NCBI GenBank assembly: GCA_038087875.1
Contig: CM075980.1
Location: forward strand, 71,114,001-71,178,000
DNA length: 64,000 nt
Direction: 5' to 3'
Origin: Malacoraja senta
Lineage: Eukaryota
A program made the position numbers and the translations under genes. Shown one piece after another: positions 26,483 to 39,039 of this stretch (its first letter is position 1; every line of letters starts with the position of its first letter). A model generated the notes under the pieces. That model was not told the DNA's origin. It did not search any database and was given only the letters and a program-made list of their open reading frames with translations.

Positions 26483-27327
26483 TATTCAAGATTCAAGATT
26501 CAAGATATTTTATTAGTCACATTCACATACACCCGGGTGTAGTGAAGTGAAATGCTTTTTGCCATTATGCAGCACACAAAAAAGAGAATACAGACACAAC
26601 ACCAAGAAAGTCTTAACACTGAACATCCCCCCACAATGGCTCCCACCATGAGGGAAGGCACAAAGTCCAGTCCCCAACCCCAGTTCACCCATAGTCGGGC
26701 CCATTGAGGCCTCCACAGTTGCCTCTACGGAGGCCCGATGTTCCAGGCCGTTCTCGCCGGGTGATGTTGCTCCGGCGTCGGGAGAGTCCTCCCAGCGGCT
26801 TGGGAACCCTGGAACGGCCGCTTCCGCACTGGGGGCCGCAGCTTCTGAAGCCAACAAGGCCGCGCCGGTTGGAGCTCCATAACTAGAGATCCCAGGCTCC
26901 CGGTGTAAAGTTCAGCGCCGCCGCCCGCAGCTGGTCGCTCCACAGTCCCGCAGCTCCGTGATGTTTTCCCCAGCGATCCTCAGCTCACCGGAGCTCCAGC
27001 GCGGCGACCCGGGCAAGGCATCGCCCGCCCCGCGATAGCGCTCCAGCGCTGTGCCGCCGCCGAAGCCGAGGTTCTGGGCGGTCCCTGACAGGAAACGCCA
27101 CTCCAGGCCCGCTGGTAGGCCGCGAGGACGGGTCGCAGCTGCAGCCCGGAGAAAAGCTGCCTCTCCGGCCAGGTAGGGACCCTGAAAGGTAGTTTCCCCC
27201 TTCCCCCCCCACACAAAAAAGTCTAGACCTCCAAAACAAAACACTTTACTGACTAAAATAAAAAATAAAGGTGAAAGGACAGACAGCTGCTGGCTGGGCA
27301 GCCGCACACTGGACAGCGCCCCCAGCG
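26483..27327 (-). mobile_element. Composite GC-rich non-autonomous retroposon
   Basis: Homologous end to end with 60219-61089; (TTGAATC)n tail, AATAAA and LINE-like 3' end. Confidence 0.75.
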
Positions 27328-29499
27328 ATATGAATCAATGTTTAAGGAGCAAAGACTTCTTTAGCATGCTATTAAACTGTTAGCTGAACCTCAAGCACAG
27401 TAGCAGGACCTGTTCTGATGAAGGACCCTTGATCTGAAAAGTAATTTCTGTTTCACTCAGCCATTGATGCTACTTGACCTGCCAAAGCTTCCACCATTAT
27501 TTGTTTCAGTTATAGTATAATGTAGTTCCTTCCCTCCTCCCTCCCCCCCACCCCCACCCCCACTCCCCCCCAATATTTGCACATCCCAAACTTTTCCACT
27601 CGTCACTTTCATTTCATGTTTCATCCATCTTGTGTTTTATGACTGCTGGCAGATCAATTTCCCTCCTGGGATGAATAAAGTTCTATCGTATTGTATCGTA
27701 TCGTAGTCCAGCACCCTCACCCTCTCTAAATTTAACGTCAAACTCAGGAAACTGGGTCTATGGAATTGTGCCTGTTTCCATGCTCTACCTCTAAAACTAA
27801 AACTAAAACTAAAAAAACTAAGCACGGTGAAAATTGGCAAGGTTTGACCAAATATCATTGAATGCGCAGGAAGTAAAATTTGATTTGAAGCCTTCCAACA
27901 TGATGAATAGATATCAAACAGCTTATGAAGCAACTAACTAATTAATTACTTTCACTTCATGAAAAATGAGTCAAGTGTCAGGATCACAGACACGAGTTAA
28001 ATTAATTTATCATTCACCCTTTTACATTGTGTAGATCTTTAATATGTACAACTGATTGCTTGTTTATGTTACCACAGCACCCACTTCAAAGGCTTGAATG
28101 GCATGCACCCTGATGGTGAAAGAAACTAAAGGATTGCAAAGGACTGAAAATTGATATAAAGGTTTCATTAGATACTGTGAATGTGCCCGTGTGTTAGAAA
28201 CTGGTTGATGCGGTGATCACATTGAAGAATGGTAATGAATCAAGCAGCAAAAGACTGATCAGTCTTATTTATTTTCTCCTTCATCATAAGATATAAGGAG
28301 CAAACAAGTGGAGGACTTGCATAACAATAAAGTGAAAGATTAGGAAGTATATAATCTGATGAGGAATAGCCTGTCTGCTAACTGCAGCTTCATTGAGGAA
28401 GTGACGATCCAGGTGAATTGTTGGAAGCCCTTAATTTCCAAGAAGCTTTTGATAAAGTTCCACACCAAAGCCAATTAACCAAACTTCAACGTTGTGGGAT
28501 ATCAGAATAAACTTTGGAAAAAGATGAACAACTGTGATTGGAAAGACAAAAGTTAGTATTTGTTGGCGAGGTTTTGCCAGAGTAAAGAGCAGCACTGAGC
28601 AAGATAACTCAGGGAGATATTAGAGTGCATTAATTGTATAGCTGAAATTCTCTTTCTTTTATTTAACCCAAATTTTACTAATTATCTTTTAACTTGTGTT
28701 TCAGAAATCAGCATTCTCTTAAAGAAATTATCTATTAGATATTAGCATTGTATGTTTCAATTCTGCCCTGAAGAATAAATTCACATCTGTCACAGTTTTA
28801 GAAATGATTTTATGGATTCCCCCTTCAATGGATAATGGACAACGCCTTCCACTATCCATGTCTAACACAATCCAATATGCCCTGACGATAATGGAGCACT
28901 GGAGGGGAGGGTGTCTGTTATTACCAATTGTTTGCTAGAACCGAGTGAGGGGGGTAAAGTTTAACCCAAGGCCGGGAGGGTAGAAACGCAATGTTAGAAG
29001 GGTCCGCAGAGCCCGCAGCCCCACTCACAGTGTGCCAAGGATGGGCCTTGTACGAACGCCGCCTTAGTGCTGTTCGCTCAGTCCACTCCCACAATGTGCC
29101 AGCTCATCGGGTAACTGGTGGATGTGAGCGGGGCGGTGCAATGGAAGCCTTGGTCCGCTATAACCAAGAAAAAGGGTCTCGACCCAAAACGTCACCCATT
29201 CCTTCTCTCCAGAGATGCTGCCTGGCCCACTGAGTTACTCCGGCATTATGTGTCTATCCAATATATGGAGGTCTGTCAATTGCAAAGATTTACTGTATTT
29301 ATAGTTTGATCCCAACATCCTGCCCTTGTAAATGTTATAGTTTCCTTAAACCCAGCTAATTTATTTTAGATTCTCAAACTTATTTCTAGCTCCCTCCTTG
29401 GATTCTTCCCCACTATTTCAGCTACAGATGTATACTTATGTATTGCTGGTCACAAATCACTTTGCAATTAATGAAGTATTTCTTTACTATTGTAATGCA

Positions 29500-31163
29500 G
29501 GATCCATCTTCACTAAGGAGGACACATACAATCTTCCTGATGTACTAGTGGCCAGAGGATCTGGGGTGATGGAGGAACTGAAGGAAATCCATATTAGGCA
29601 GGAAATGGTGTTGGGTAGACTGATGGGACTGAAGGCTGATAAATCCCCAGGGCCTGATGGTCTGCATCCCATTTGGATAGCAGTAACAGGATTGGTCCGA
29701 GTCAACATGGATTTACGAAGGGGAAATCATGCTTGACTAATCCTCTGGAATTTTTGGAGGATGTAACTAGGAAAATGGACAAGGGAGAGCCAGTGGATGT
29801 AGTGTACCTGGACTTTCAGAAAGCATTTGATAAGGACCCACATAAGAGATTAGTGGGCAAAATTAGGGCACATGGTATTGGGGGTAGAGTGCTGACAGGA
29901 AACAAAGAGTAGGGATTAACGGGTCTCATTCATAATGGCAGGCAGTGACTAGTTTTGTACCGCAAGGCTCGGTTCTGGGACCGCAGCTATTTACAATATA
30001 CATCAATGATTTAGATGAAGGGATTCAAAGTAAAATGAGAAAATGTGCAAATGACACAAAGCTGGGTGGCAGTGTGAACTATGAGGAGGATGCTATGAGA
30101 ATACTGGTTGACTTGCACAGGTTGGGTGAGAGGGCAGATGCATGGCAGATGCAGTTTAATGTGGATAAATGTGAGGTTATCCAATTTGGTAGCAAAAACA
30201 GGAAGGCAGATTATTATCTAAATGGTGTCAAGTTGGGAAAAGGGGTAGTACAACGGGATCTGGGTATCCTTGTTCATCAGGCAATGAAAGTAAGCATGCA
30301 GGTACAGCAGGCAGTGAAGAAAGCAAATGGCATGTTGGCCTTCATAACAAGAGGAGTTGAGTATAGAAGCAAATAGATCCTTCTGCAGTTGTATAGGGCC
30401 CTAGTGAAACCACATTTGGAGTATTGTGTGCAGTTTTGGTCCGCTAATTTGAGGAAGGACATTATTGCTATTGAGGGAGTGCAGCGTAGGTTTACAAGGT
30501 TAATTCCCGGGATGGCGGGACTGTCATATGCTGAGAGAATGGAGCGGCTGGGCTTGAATACTCTGGAGTTTAGAAGGATGAGAGGATATCTATTGAAACA
30601 TATAAGATTATTAAGGGTTTGGACACGCTAGATACAGGAATGTACCTGATGTTGGGGGAGTCCAGAACCAGGGGCCACAGTTTAAGAATAAGGGGTAAGC
30701 CAGGTAGAACGGAGATGAGGAAACTTTTTTACATGGAGAGTTGTGAGTCTGTGGAATTCTCTGCCTCAGAGGGCGGTGGAGGCCGGTTCTCTGGATACTT
30801 TAAAGAGAGAGCTAGATAGGGCTCTTAAAGATAGCGGAGTCATGGGATATCGGGAGAAAGCAGGAAAGGGGTACTGATTGGGGATGATCAGCCATGATCA
30901 CATTGAATGGCTCGAAGAGCCGAATGGCCTACTCCTGCACCTATTGTCTATTGTCTATTGTTAAAGAAGGAACTGCAGATGCTGGGAAATCAAAGGTACA
31001 CAAAAATGCTGGAGAAACTCAGCGGGTGTAGCAGCATCTATGGAGCGTCTGAAGAAGGGTTTCGGCCCGAAACGTTGCCTATCTCCTTCGCTCCATAGAT
31101 GCTGCTGCACCCGCTGAGTTTCTCCAGCATTTTTGTGTACCATCTATTGTCTATTGTCTATTG
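29500..31163 (+). pseudogene. CR1 LINE ORF2 3' half with internal deletions; tail interrupted by a PLE hairpin element
   Basis: KSPGPDGLHP, QHGFTKGKSCLTN, VYLDFQKAFD, PQGSVLGP.LF.IYINDLD, DTKLGG; stops and frameshifts; (CTATTGT)n tail. Confidence 0.92.
30959..31141. mobile_element. Penelope-derived hairpin element with hammerhead core (31049-31076)
   Basis: Near-perfect inverted arms; CTGAAGA-A-GGGT(TTCG)GCCC-GAAA-CG-TT. Confidence 0.75.
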
Positions 31164-33380
31164 AAATGCAGCAGTCAAATTGCACACACCAAAATTCCAA
31201 AAAACAACTGAAGATCAGATAATATGTTTAAGTGATGTTGATTGAACAGTTAATATGAATACTCCCTTCAATAGAGATTTAAAATAAAAACAGGAAATAC
31301 TGGAAGCTCTCAACAGTCACAAAACATCAGCAGAAAGAGAAACAGGTATTACTTCAATACTAGGTCCCTCATAAAATTTAAATTTAGGGTGGTAAAAGGG
31401 TAAAAAATAGGAACAGGATTACGCTATTTGGCCTCATGAGCCTTTATTTCATTCAGTAAGATCGTTGGTGATAGTCCACACCGACCGAAAGTCTGCAATC
31501 CCCTTGGGAGAGTAAATTCCAAAGATTTACCACCCTTCCAGTGAAGACAGGTTCCTGATTACAGTCCAAAATGTTCTTTTCCTCAGGCTTTTGAACTTGC
31601 AATTGCAATGAGTGTGTCTGACAAAAAAAATGAGCACCATGAAAATGCCCTTGTGACTAATTCCAATTTACTCCTCACCATTATTCAGTATATCATTCCC
31701 CAATCATTTAGCATTATTACATCATTTGAACCATCATCAACTCCCAAATTTTGAGCCCCATTTTGTCTTGCAACTTCTTTTTTAGCTATGTGCTAATCCT
31801 TAAACATCCTCATCTTTGCTCTTGTGTTCGCTTTTGCAAAACACTCAGAGGCTGGGCTGATATATGGATGCAATCTGCAATCCCTTTCACCAATCGCTTA
31901 TTTGACATCCACAATGATAATGGCAGCTCAAGGTATAGATTCATTTGGCCGACTGGCAATTTATGCAATTGCATTCCACACCAGTAAACTATTTATTCAG
32001 TAAGATCGTTGGTGATAACTATTTATTGTTGTTTCTGTTAACTGAAACAAAATAGAGAGAATTGACCCTAATGGAAAATAGCAGCTTACCATTATTTTTA
32101 AAAAAAAATCATGTTGCCAAGGATAAGAATGTGAGCTGGGAAAAAGGGCATTGGTTTGCTGATTTGTACTTTGGGTTTTGTCAGAAGTAATTAGTCTGTC
32201 AGTCCCTACCATTACTTCTTCAACAAATAAAGTCTGTGATTTGCCACAAACAGGTGCAAGCCCCAGATTGTTTGAGTCACACATTAAATAAAATAACAGG
32301 CTGTGTAAAGTATAAAAAGAGTCAGTATTCACACAAGAAATGAGAAATTGCACCCCATTAAACTGTTGCTTTTACTACTTTCTGAAATGGCATGGATATC
32401 TAAAAATATTAATGTTCCACTATTATTTCTCAGTTAATGATTTTGGAAATAGCATTTATCTTTTATTCTAAGGAGAGTATCAAACTATTTGAATTAATAA
32501 TGTTTTTTACATTCATATTACATTTTTAACCCCTTTACGATTGGCTATCATACTCTCACATTGATGGTTGGTGTTCTATTCCCTGTGTTAAAAATAACCT
32601 GGAACCACTTGATCAAGTTTAAGGATTAAGGGGATTAAGGATTAAGCACAGTTTAAGGATTAAGGGGAAATCCTTTAGGACCGAGATGAGAAAAACATTT
32701 TTCACACAGAGAGTGGTGAATCTCTGGAACTCTCTGCCACAGAAGGTAGTTGAGGCCAGTTCATTGGCTATATTTAAGAGGGAGTTAAAGCCCTGTCTCA
32801 CTGTGCGAGTTGACCCACGAGTGATCCAGAGTGAAAGACTCGTGGTTGCGTACGAGACTCCAAGTTTATGATCAAGAGTTTCACCGAGTTCCCACAGGTA
32901 TGACTCAAGTTTGCCGTTAACTGTCATTTCTGCGATGTTCCAAGTTCGTCTCCCGAGTTAACAAGTTCCTTTCCCGAGTTACTCTTGAGCCAACCTTCAA
33001 TGAAGGTCTGTTTTAATAAGCAACATCTCCATCCTGCGGCTTTGAGTTAAAGATAGAATTCAGCGCGGCCGCATCTATTGATGTGACCTACAAAGGGAAA
33101 ATGCCAGTGCCAGGGCAGTTATACTGATGATTTGTTTGAAACACACATCACGTAGTTAGAAGACCAGCAGGCGGAGGTTTGCTATATTTTAATTGAATTT
33201 ACTGCCAGGCCTACACATTGCGGGGAGACTGGAGATGAAATCTTTGAATGTGGACGGATGCGCACATCAGATTGTTGGGAGACGGAGCTCATGGTTCGCC
33301 TCCTGAGCTGCTTTGGTGCCCAGGCGTGAGTTGAGGTGGAGGGAGGTTGGGGGGGGGGAGGGGGGGAGGGTCAAACTCAC

Positions 33381-33432
33381 CCATTTGACAGAGGCAGATG
33401 ATTACGAGGATCCAGTGAGACCCGAACTGCAT
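33381..33432 (-). CDS. Putative captured first coding exon encoding a signal peptide (MQFGSHWILVIICLCQM, phase 1)
   Basis: ATG at 33432; 52 nt ending at the consensus donor G|GTGAGT; hydrophobic core; CpG-rich UTR-like sequence upstream. Confidence 0.6.
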
Positions 33433-34424
33433 GGAGAGCCGAGACTGCCCCGCTGGTGGCCAACTTCCCCCTGTCCTCCGTCGCCGCTCCCAGCCGGCCG
33501 GCAGGAGCTGTGCATGGAGCCCGCCACCGGAGTCGAGTCTGACTGCCTGGGCAGCCTGAGGGAGGCAGATGCACCCTGCCCGGGGAGAGGCCGCGGAGAG
33601 ACTGCGGGGGGAGTATCTCACTCTGACTGTGATAGGGAGAGACAGAGGCGCACACACACACACACACGCACACACAGTGTGGAGTTCCTCTGACTGACAG
33701 ACTGTGTGTGGGTGTGGGGGGTGGGACAGAGAGAGAGAGAGACACTACACACACAGGCAGCGTGGAGTACCTTTAACTGTGTGTGTGGGAGAGAGAGACA
33801 GAGGCAGACACACACACACACAACGGGTAGTGTGTACCTCAGTCTGTGTGTGTGTTTAGGGGAGAGAGAGACACAGAGACAGTGTGGACCTCTGACTGTG
33901 TATGAAGGAGATGGGGAGAGCGACAGAGAGAGAGAGGCACAGAGGCCAAGTGGTGTACTTCGGCGTGACTGTGGGTGGGGGGGGGGGGGTGAGAAAGAGC
34001 GCACAGGACCTCGGTCTATCTGTGTGTGTGGGAGGGAAGAGAGACTAAGCAGAATACATCGGTCTTATTGTGTGTGGGGGAGAAAGAGAATGGTGGGGGG
34101 GGGGGGGGAGAGAAAGAGAGAGGTGGTGGGGGAAGAGAGAAATGGGGGAGACGTATATACACACAAAGCAGAGTTTTACTGTGTATGTGGGAGACACAGA
34201 TGGACTTACACAGATGGACTTACCTCGGTCTTACTGTGTGTGGGAGAGAGGGAGAAAGAGACGTACACTCACAGAGGCAGAGTCTCTCAGCCTGTGTGAG
34301 AGGCAGGGAGGGAGAGAGAGACACACACACACAAGGTGGATGTTAAATCTCACCTGCCTGTTTCAGTGACCGGCACCCGCCGCTAGTGAATGAAGACACC
34401 CCCATCTGTCTGCCCCTCCTCTCC

Positions 34425-34565
34425 CTCCACTCTCCACCCTCTCTCCTCCACCCCCCCTCCCTCCTCCAACCCCCCTCCCTCCTCCAACCCCCCCCTCCCT
34501 CCTCCAACCCCCCCCTCCCTCCTCCAACCCCCCCCTCCCTCCTCCAACCCCCCACTCCCCCCCAA
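34425..34565. repeat. C-rich minisatellite (~19-nt unit CCCCCCTCCCTCCTCCAA), G4-prone on the minus strand
   Basis: Tandem units directly visible. Confidence 0.85.
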
Positions 34566-35439
34566 TTTGGAAATGTCATCCCATCACCCATTCCTTCTCT
34601 CCAGAGATGCTGCCTGCCCGCTGAGTTAAAGAGTTCCCACGGTAGACTCACGAGTCACTAAGGTAAACGCACGGGCCACTGCGTTCTTACAACGTGTTTA
34701 AATGTTTCAAATTTTAACCTCAAGAGTACATTTTACTCGTGAAAATGTTTAAACATGTTTGAATTTTTCCAAGAGTTAACAAGTGTCACGGGTACCTGCC
34801 GTTAGCGCCAAGAGTCGCTAAGTTGCGGCCACGAGTTCCGACGTTCCCGCTACGTTAATCGTACGTGATTACCATGAGTTAAATTTGTTTTAAACTCGGG
34901 GTACCTCGTGGGTCAGCTCGCACGGTGAGACAGGGGTTTTAGATGTGGCCCTTGGGGCTAAAGGGATCAGGGGGTATGGAGAGATCCAGGTACAGGATAC
35001 TGAGTTGGATGATCAGCCATGATCATATTGAATGGCGGTGCAGGCTCGAAGGGCCGAATGGCCTACTCCTGCACCTATATTCTATGTTTCTATGTTTCTA
35101 TCAGTAGGGCAGGCATTCAAGACTAGGGAAGTTTGGACAGAATGACTTCAACAGAAAAAACTGGATAAACATCAAGCACCAAAATCCAGCATGGTCATCA
35201 GAATAAAGTTACACACTTCATGTTACTGGACTTTATCTTGCAGTAAAAGTTATTCACGTTACTTGCTTTATTGTTTATCTGTACACTGTGAATGGCTCGA
35301 TTGTAATCATGTATAGACAATAGACAATAGACATTGTCTTTCCGCTGATAGGTTAGCATGTACTGTAACAAAAGCTTTGGTACACGTGACAATAAACTAC
35401 ACTCAACTTGAAGAGCAAGGAAGATAAATTATCTAGCCA

Positions 35440-35880
35440 GAGAGTCAGAGAGCATACAGTATGGAAACATGTACTTCGGCCCAACTCATGCATGCTGACC
35501 AAGATACCCCATCCAACCTAGTCCCATTTCCCATTGATTGGCTCGTATCCCTCTAAAACTTTACTATCTATGTACCTGCCTAAATGTTGTTGCACCTGCC
35601 TCAACTATATAACAACCATCCTCTTTATGAAAAAGATGCCACTCAAATTTCTATTAAATCCATCTCCTCTGGTAAACATGTTCTTGATTCCCCTACCCAG
35701 GGGAAAAGACTCTGTGCATTCACCCTATCTCTTTATGTTTTTAAACACCTCCATAAGATCACTTCTCAGCCTCCTGTGCTGCAAGGAATGAAATCCTAAC
35801 CTGTTCAACCTCTCTCTATAACTTCGGACCTTGAGACCTGACATCATCCTTGTAAATCTTCTCTGCACTCTTTCCAGCTC
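35440..35880 (-). mobile_element. CR1 LINE 3' remnant
   Basis: Reverse complement resembles the CR1 3' end at 56068-56411. Confidence 0.75.
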
Positions 35881-36322
35881 AGGAATGGTGAGATGGCACC
35901 AATTGTGTGCATTTCTATGTTTGTTCTTGAGATACAGATGTTTCTATCTTGTGTAAAATGTATTGTCCATCTATAGTTGGTAGTGGCTCTTCCATCTGAA
36001 CTACTGTGATCCTTGTGGTGAAGATACTCTTATAACACATCAGAAATGGCAATATGTACTGAACATGGGATAATTTGAGACTTGAAGACAAATTAATGGA
36101 TAGGGATTCCCATGCACCTGCTATTCTTGTCTATGAGAAAACAAGCAGGGAAAAAGTGACTAATTGGCCCAGCAAGTACGTGTGACAATAAATCACCTGC
36201 ATCACCATCTCCAGATTCATCCACTCGCTCACTCACTAGTGACAATTTACAGCGGTCAATTAGTCAACCAACCTGTATGTCTTTGGGATAAGGGAAGAAA
36301 ATGGAGCACCTGAGAGAAAACC

Positions 36323-36645
36323 AAGTTTAGTTTAGTTTAGTTTAGAGATACAGAGCGGAAACAGGCCCTTCGGCCCATCGCTGAGTCCTCGCTGACCAGC
36401 GATCCCCCGCATACTAACACTATCCTACACACACTAGGGATAATTTACAATCCTTTTACCAAAACAAATTAAGCTACAAACCCGCACGTCTTTGGAGTGT
36501 GGGTGGAAACCGGGGCACCCGGAGAAAACCCATGCAGATAATGGGGAGAACGTATAAACTCCACACGGGCAGCACCCGTGGTCAGGATCGAGCCCGGGTC
36601 TCTGGCGATGTGAGGCGGCAACTCTACTGCAGTGCCACCATGCCA
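36323..36645 (-). mobile_element. V-SINE (HE1-like)
   Basis: Full head, core and (TAAAC)n tail. Confidence 0.88.
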
Positions 36646-38046
36646 GTGGTCCCAGGGAGATAAAGCAAACTCCAATATTGAACCTGGGACACTGGAGCTC
36701 TGCGGAATTGTCCCTAATAGCTCCAACAGCGTGCCACCCAGAGGTGAAGACTGATGGTTTAAATGAAGAGTTAATAAATTGTTTCAACATATCCTCTTAT
36801 ACACAGCAACATATTGTAGGCTCAGGCACGAGAGAGTATCCCACTGGACTGCTGATGATTAGGGAGTGTTTGGCATTGACTTGCTGAAATGACTAAGTTA
36901 GAAACAGATTAAGTGAAGGGAAAGATAAGTAGTATACAGCAGAATTTGGTGTTTGTTATTAATGTGCGTACCAAGATACAATAAAACTTTGCTATTCACG
37001 CAAATCATGCTGTACAAGAGTATAATAGGTAGTGCAAAAGAGAAAGGATACAGTACAGAATATAGTGCCACAGCCGCAGATTAAAAAAGTGCAAGGGCCG
37101 AAACAAGGTAGGATGGGAGATGGAGAACGCACCCTTTAGCTTATGAGAGGTCTGTTCAAGACAGAAAACCAATTGTACTTGAATGTTAACATAAATGCAT
37201 CAGATTTTAATCCTAGTTCTACTTCGATTCAGTTCTAAATTGAACGACTAGACCAAAACCCTTGGTCATCCATCATCTGTTTGGCTAATTTAATCTGATG
37301 TGTTGTACACTCTCTGCATGCTCACGGCAGTGTAAGACATAGCGCTCAACAATTGTGGCGTTTTCACCTGCTTGAATCTATTTAAATTGCTTGACCATGA
37401 AGTCCATCAGAGCGCAACATTAATCCATCAACAGTGCAGTCACATTGGATCTGAGCAATGCAGAAAATGTCATGTTTGTTCAACATTCACAACAGGTGAT
37501 GCAGGTTGCGTTGGGAAGGACCTCAGCTATAAATTTAAAAAGATCAATTATCAGCAAACTAGTGACTTCTTGTTTTTTCTCAAGTATTATAGTTGAGCAA
37601 AGGGGACTATGGAGTCATGAGGGAGGAGATTGTGGATGATCAGCCATGATCACATTGAATGGCGGTGCTGCCTCGAAGGGCCGAATGGCCTACTCCTGCA
37701 CCTATTGTCTATTGTCTATTGTAATCTGTCGAGGAAAGTAGTATTTGGTGTCCAAAGTTTTTCAAAGAATTCAGGCGGAATGAATATGTGTGAAACTTTG
37801 CAATGAATTCCAGACCTCTGCTATACCTAGGAACTCCTTGGCATGTGCAGGCTGGCAGAAATGGCTGGGAGTGTCAGAGCCAGTGCTGGAAAATCATGAT
37901 GACTTTCAGTTAGGATTCCCTGACCGTGCTGGCTGCAAACGGAGAGAGGCACGAAATGATGGTTGTGGTGAGGGGCCAGTTTGGAAGCAGATATTGTTAG
38001 ATTGTTAGAGGTGGTTCACCATCGGGGTAGTATATTTATATTAACA

Positions 38047-38360
38047 GGGCGGCACAGTGACACAGCTGCAGAGTTGTTTGCTGCCTTACAGCGCCAGCAA
38101 CCCAGGTCCGATCCTGACCATGGGTGCTATCTGTACGATCTGTACGTTCTCCCAGTGACCGCATGGGTTTTCTCCGGGTGCTCCGGTTTCCTCCCACACT
38201 CCAAAGACGTGCAGGTTTGTAGGTTAATTGGCTTTGGTAAAATTGTAAAAAGTCCCTAGTGTGTAGGATAGTGCTAGTGTATGGGGTGATCACTGGTTGG
38301 CGCTGACCCGGTGGGAGAAAGGCCTGTTTCCGCACTGTATCTCTTAAGTCTAAAGTTTAA
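38047..38360 (+). mobile_element. V-SINE (HE1-like)
   Basis: Head, core and (TAAAGT)-type tail. Confidence 0.88.
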
Positions 38361-38557
38361 AGAGAAGGCACTATGAAACGTATGCACTACTTGTATTGGG
38401 TTGAATGGCTATAACTGAATCACACATTCTGATCCATGCACCTGGTATTGATTGGCATTCAATCTATCCTCCACTACGATTGTTTTAGTTTTTTTAGTTT
38501 TTAGAGATACAGTGCGGAAACAGGCCCTTCGGCCCACTGAGCCCGCACCGACCAGAC

Positions 38558-39039
38558 ATTTTAAATAGCTCATTGGAGTTTTCAGGACACAGGAAAATCG
38601 ACCAGTAGGTTAAATGCCCGCTAAACCTTATTAAGCGTTGTCTGACTTCTTAAAAATGTCTCCACTCCTTCTTCCCCCCTTCTCGCCCCTTCTCGCCCCT
38701 TCTCTCCCCTTCTCTCCCCTTCTCTCCCCCTCTCTCCCCTTCTCTCCCCACCCCACCCCCCGCGCTCTCTAAAGGACTTACTGTACACTGTGCAGCCGTC
38801 TTTTACCTTCCTCTTCATCGAGGGTGTGAATTTGGGACAGCGCTCCCCCGCTTTCCCTGGCACCCGCCTTTGCGATGTGTTTGTGTGTGTGTGTGTGTGT
38901 GCGGTCGGTCGATCCAGCTCGCGGTTTCATCGTTGACGGTCGATCCAGCTCGAGGTTTTCCAGGCGAGTGCCCTCGAGCTTGAAGGTCGAAGACACTCTT
39001 CTGAATACGCGGATTAGGTCGCTACAGTGGGACAGCCCT
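38558..39039. mobile_element. One-ended Harbinger-type remnant inside a minus-strand SINE
   Basis: Right terminus AGTGGGACAGCCCT followed by TAA, where the SINE resumes. The left TIR and the SINE middle are missing. Internal (CCCCTTCTCT)n and (GT)n. Confidence 0.65.

Larger units (their letters stand above)
32788..34938. mobile_element. Non-autonomous PIF/Harbinger-type element carrying captured genomic DNA (Pack-type)
   Basis: 34-bp TIRs (AAGCCCTGTCTCACTGTGCGAGTTGACCCACGAG, 3 mismatches), TTA TSD on both sides, GAGTT-rich arms at about 32788-32990 and 34629-34938. Confidence 0.88.
32645..35100 (+). mobile_element. CR1 3' end split by a DNA transposon (32645-32787 plus 34939-35100)
   Basis: Rejoining ..GAGGGAGTTA and GATGTGGCCC.. 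restores the contiguous sequence seen at about 142-161. Confidence 0.92.

Noticed and set aside
34425-34565. Regular short repeats, also at 14960-15050 and 44280-44400, considered as CRISPR-like
   Set aside because: They are tandem units without unique spacers, there are no cas genes, and the context is eukaryotic.
33618-34661. Long low-complexity ORFs (Gly/Glu/Arg- or Pro-rich)
   Set aside because: They arise from micro- and minisatellites that lack stop codons.
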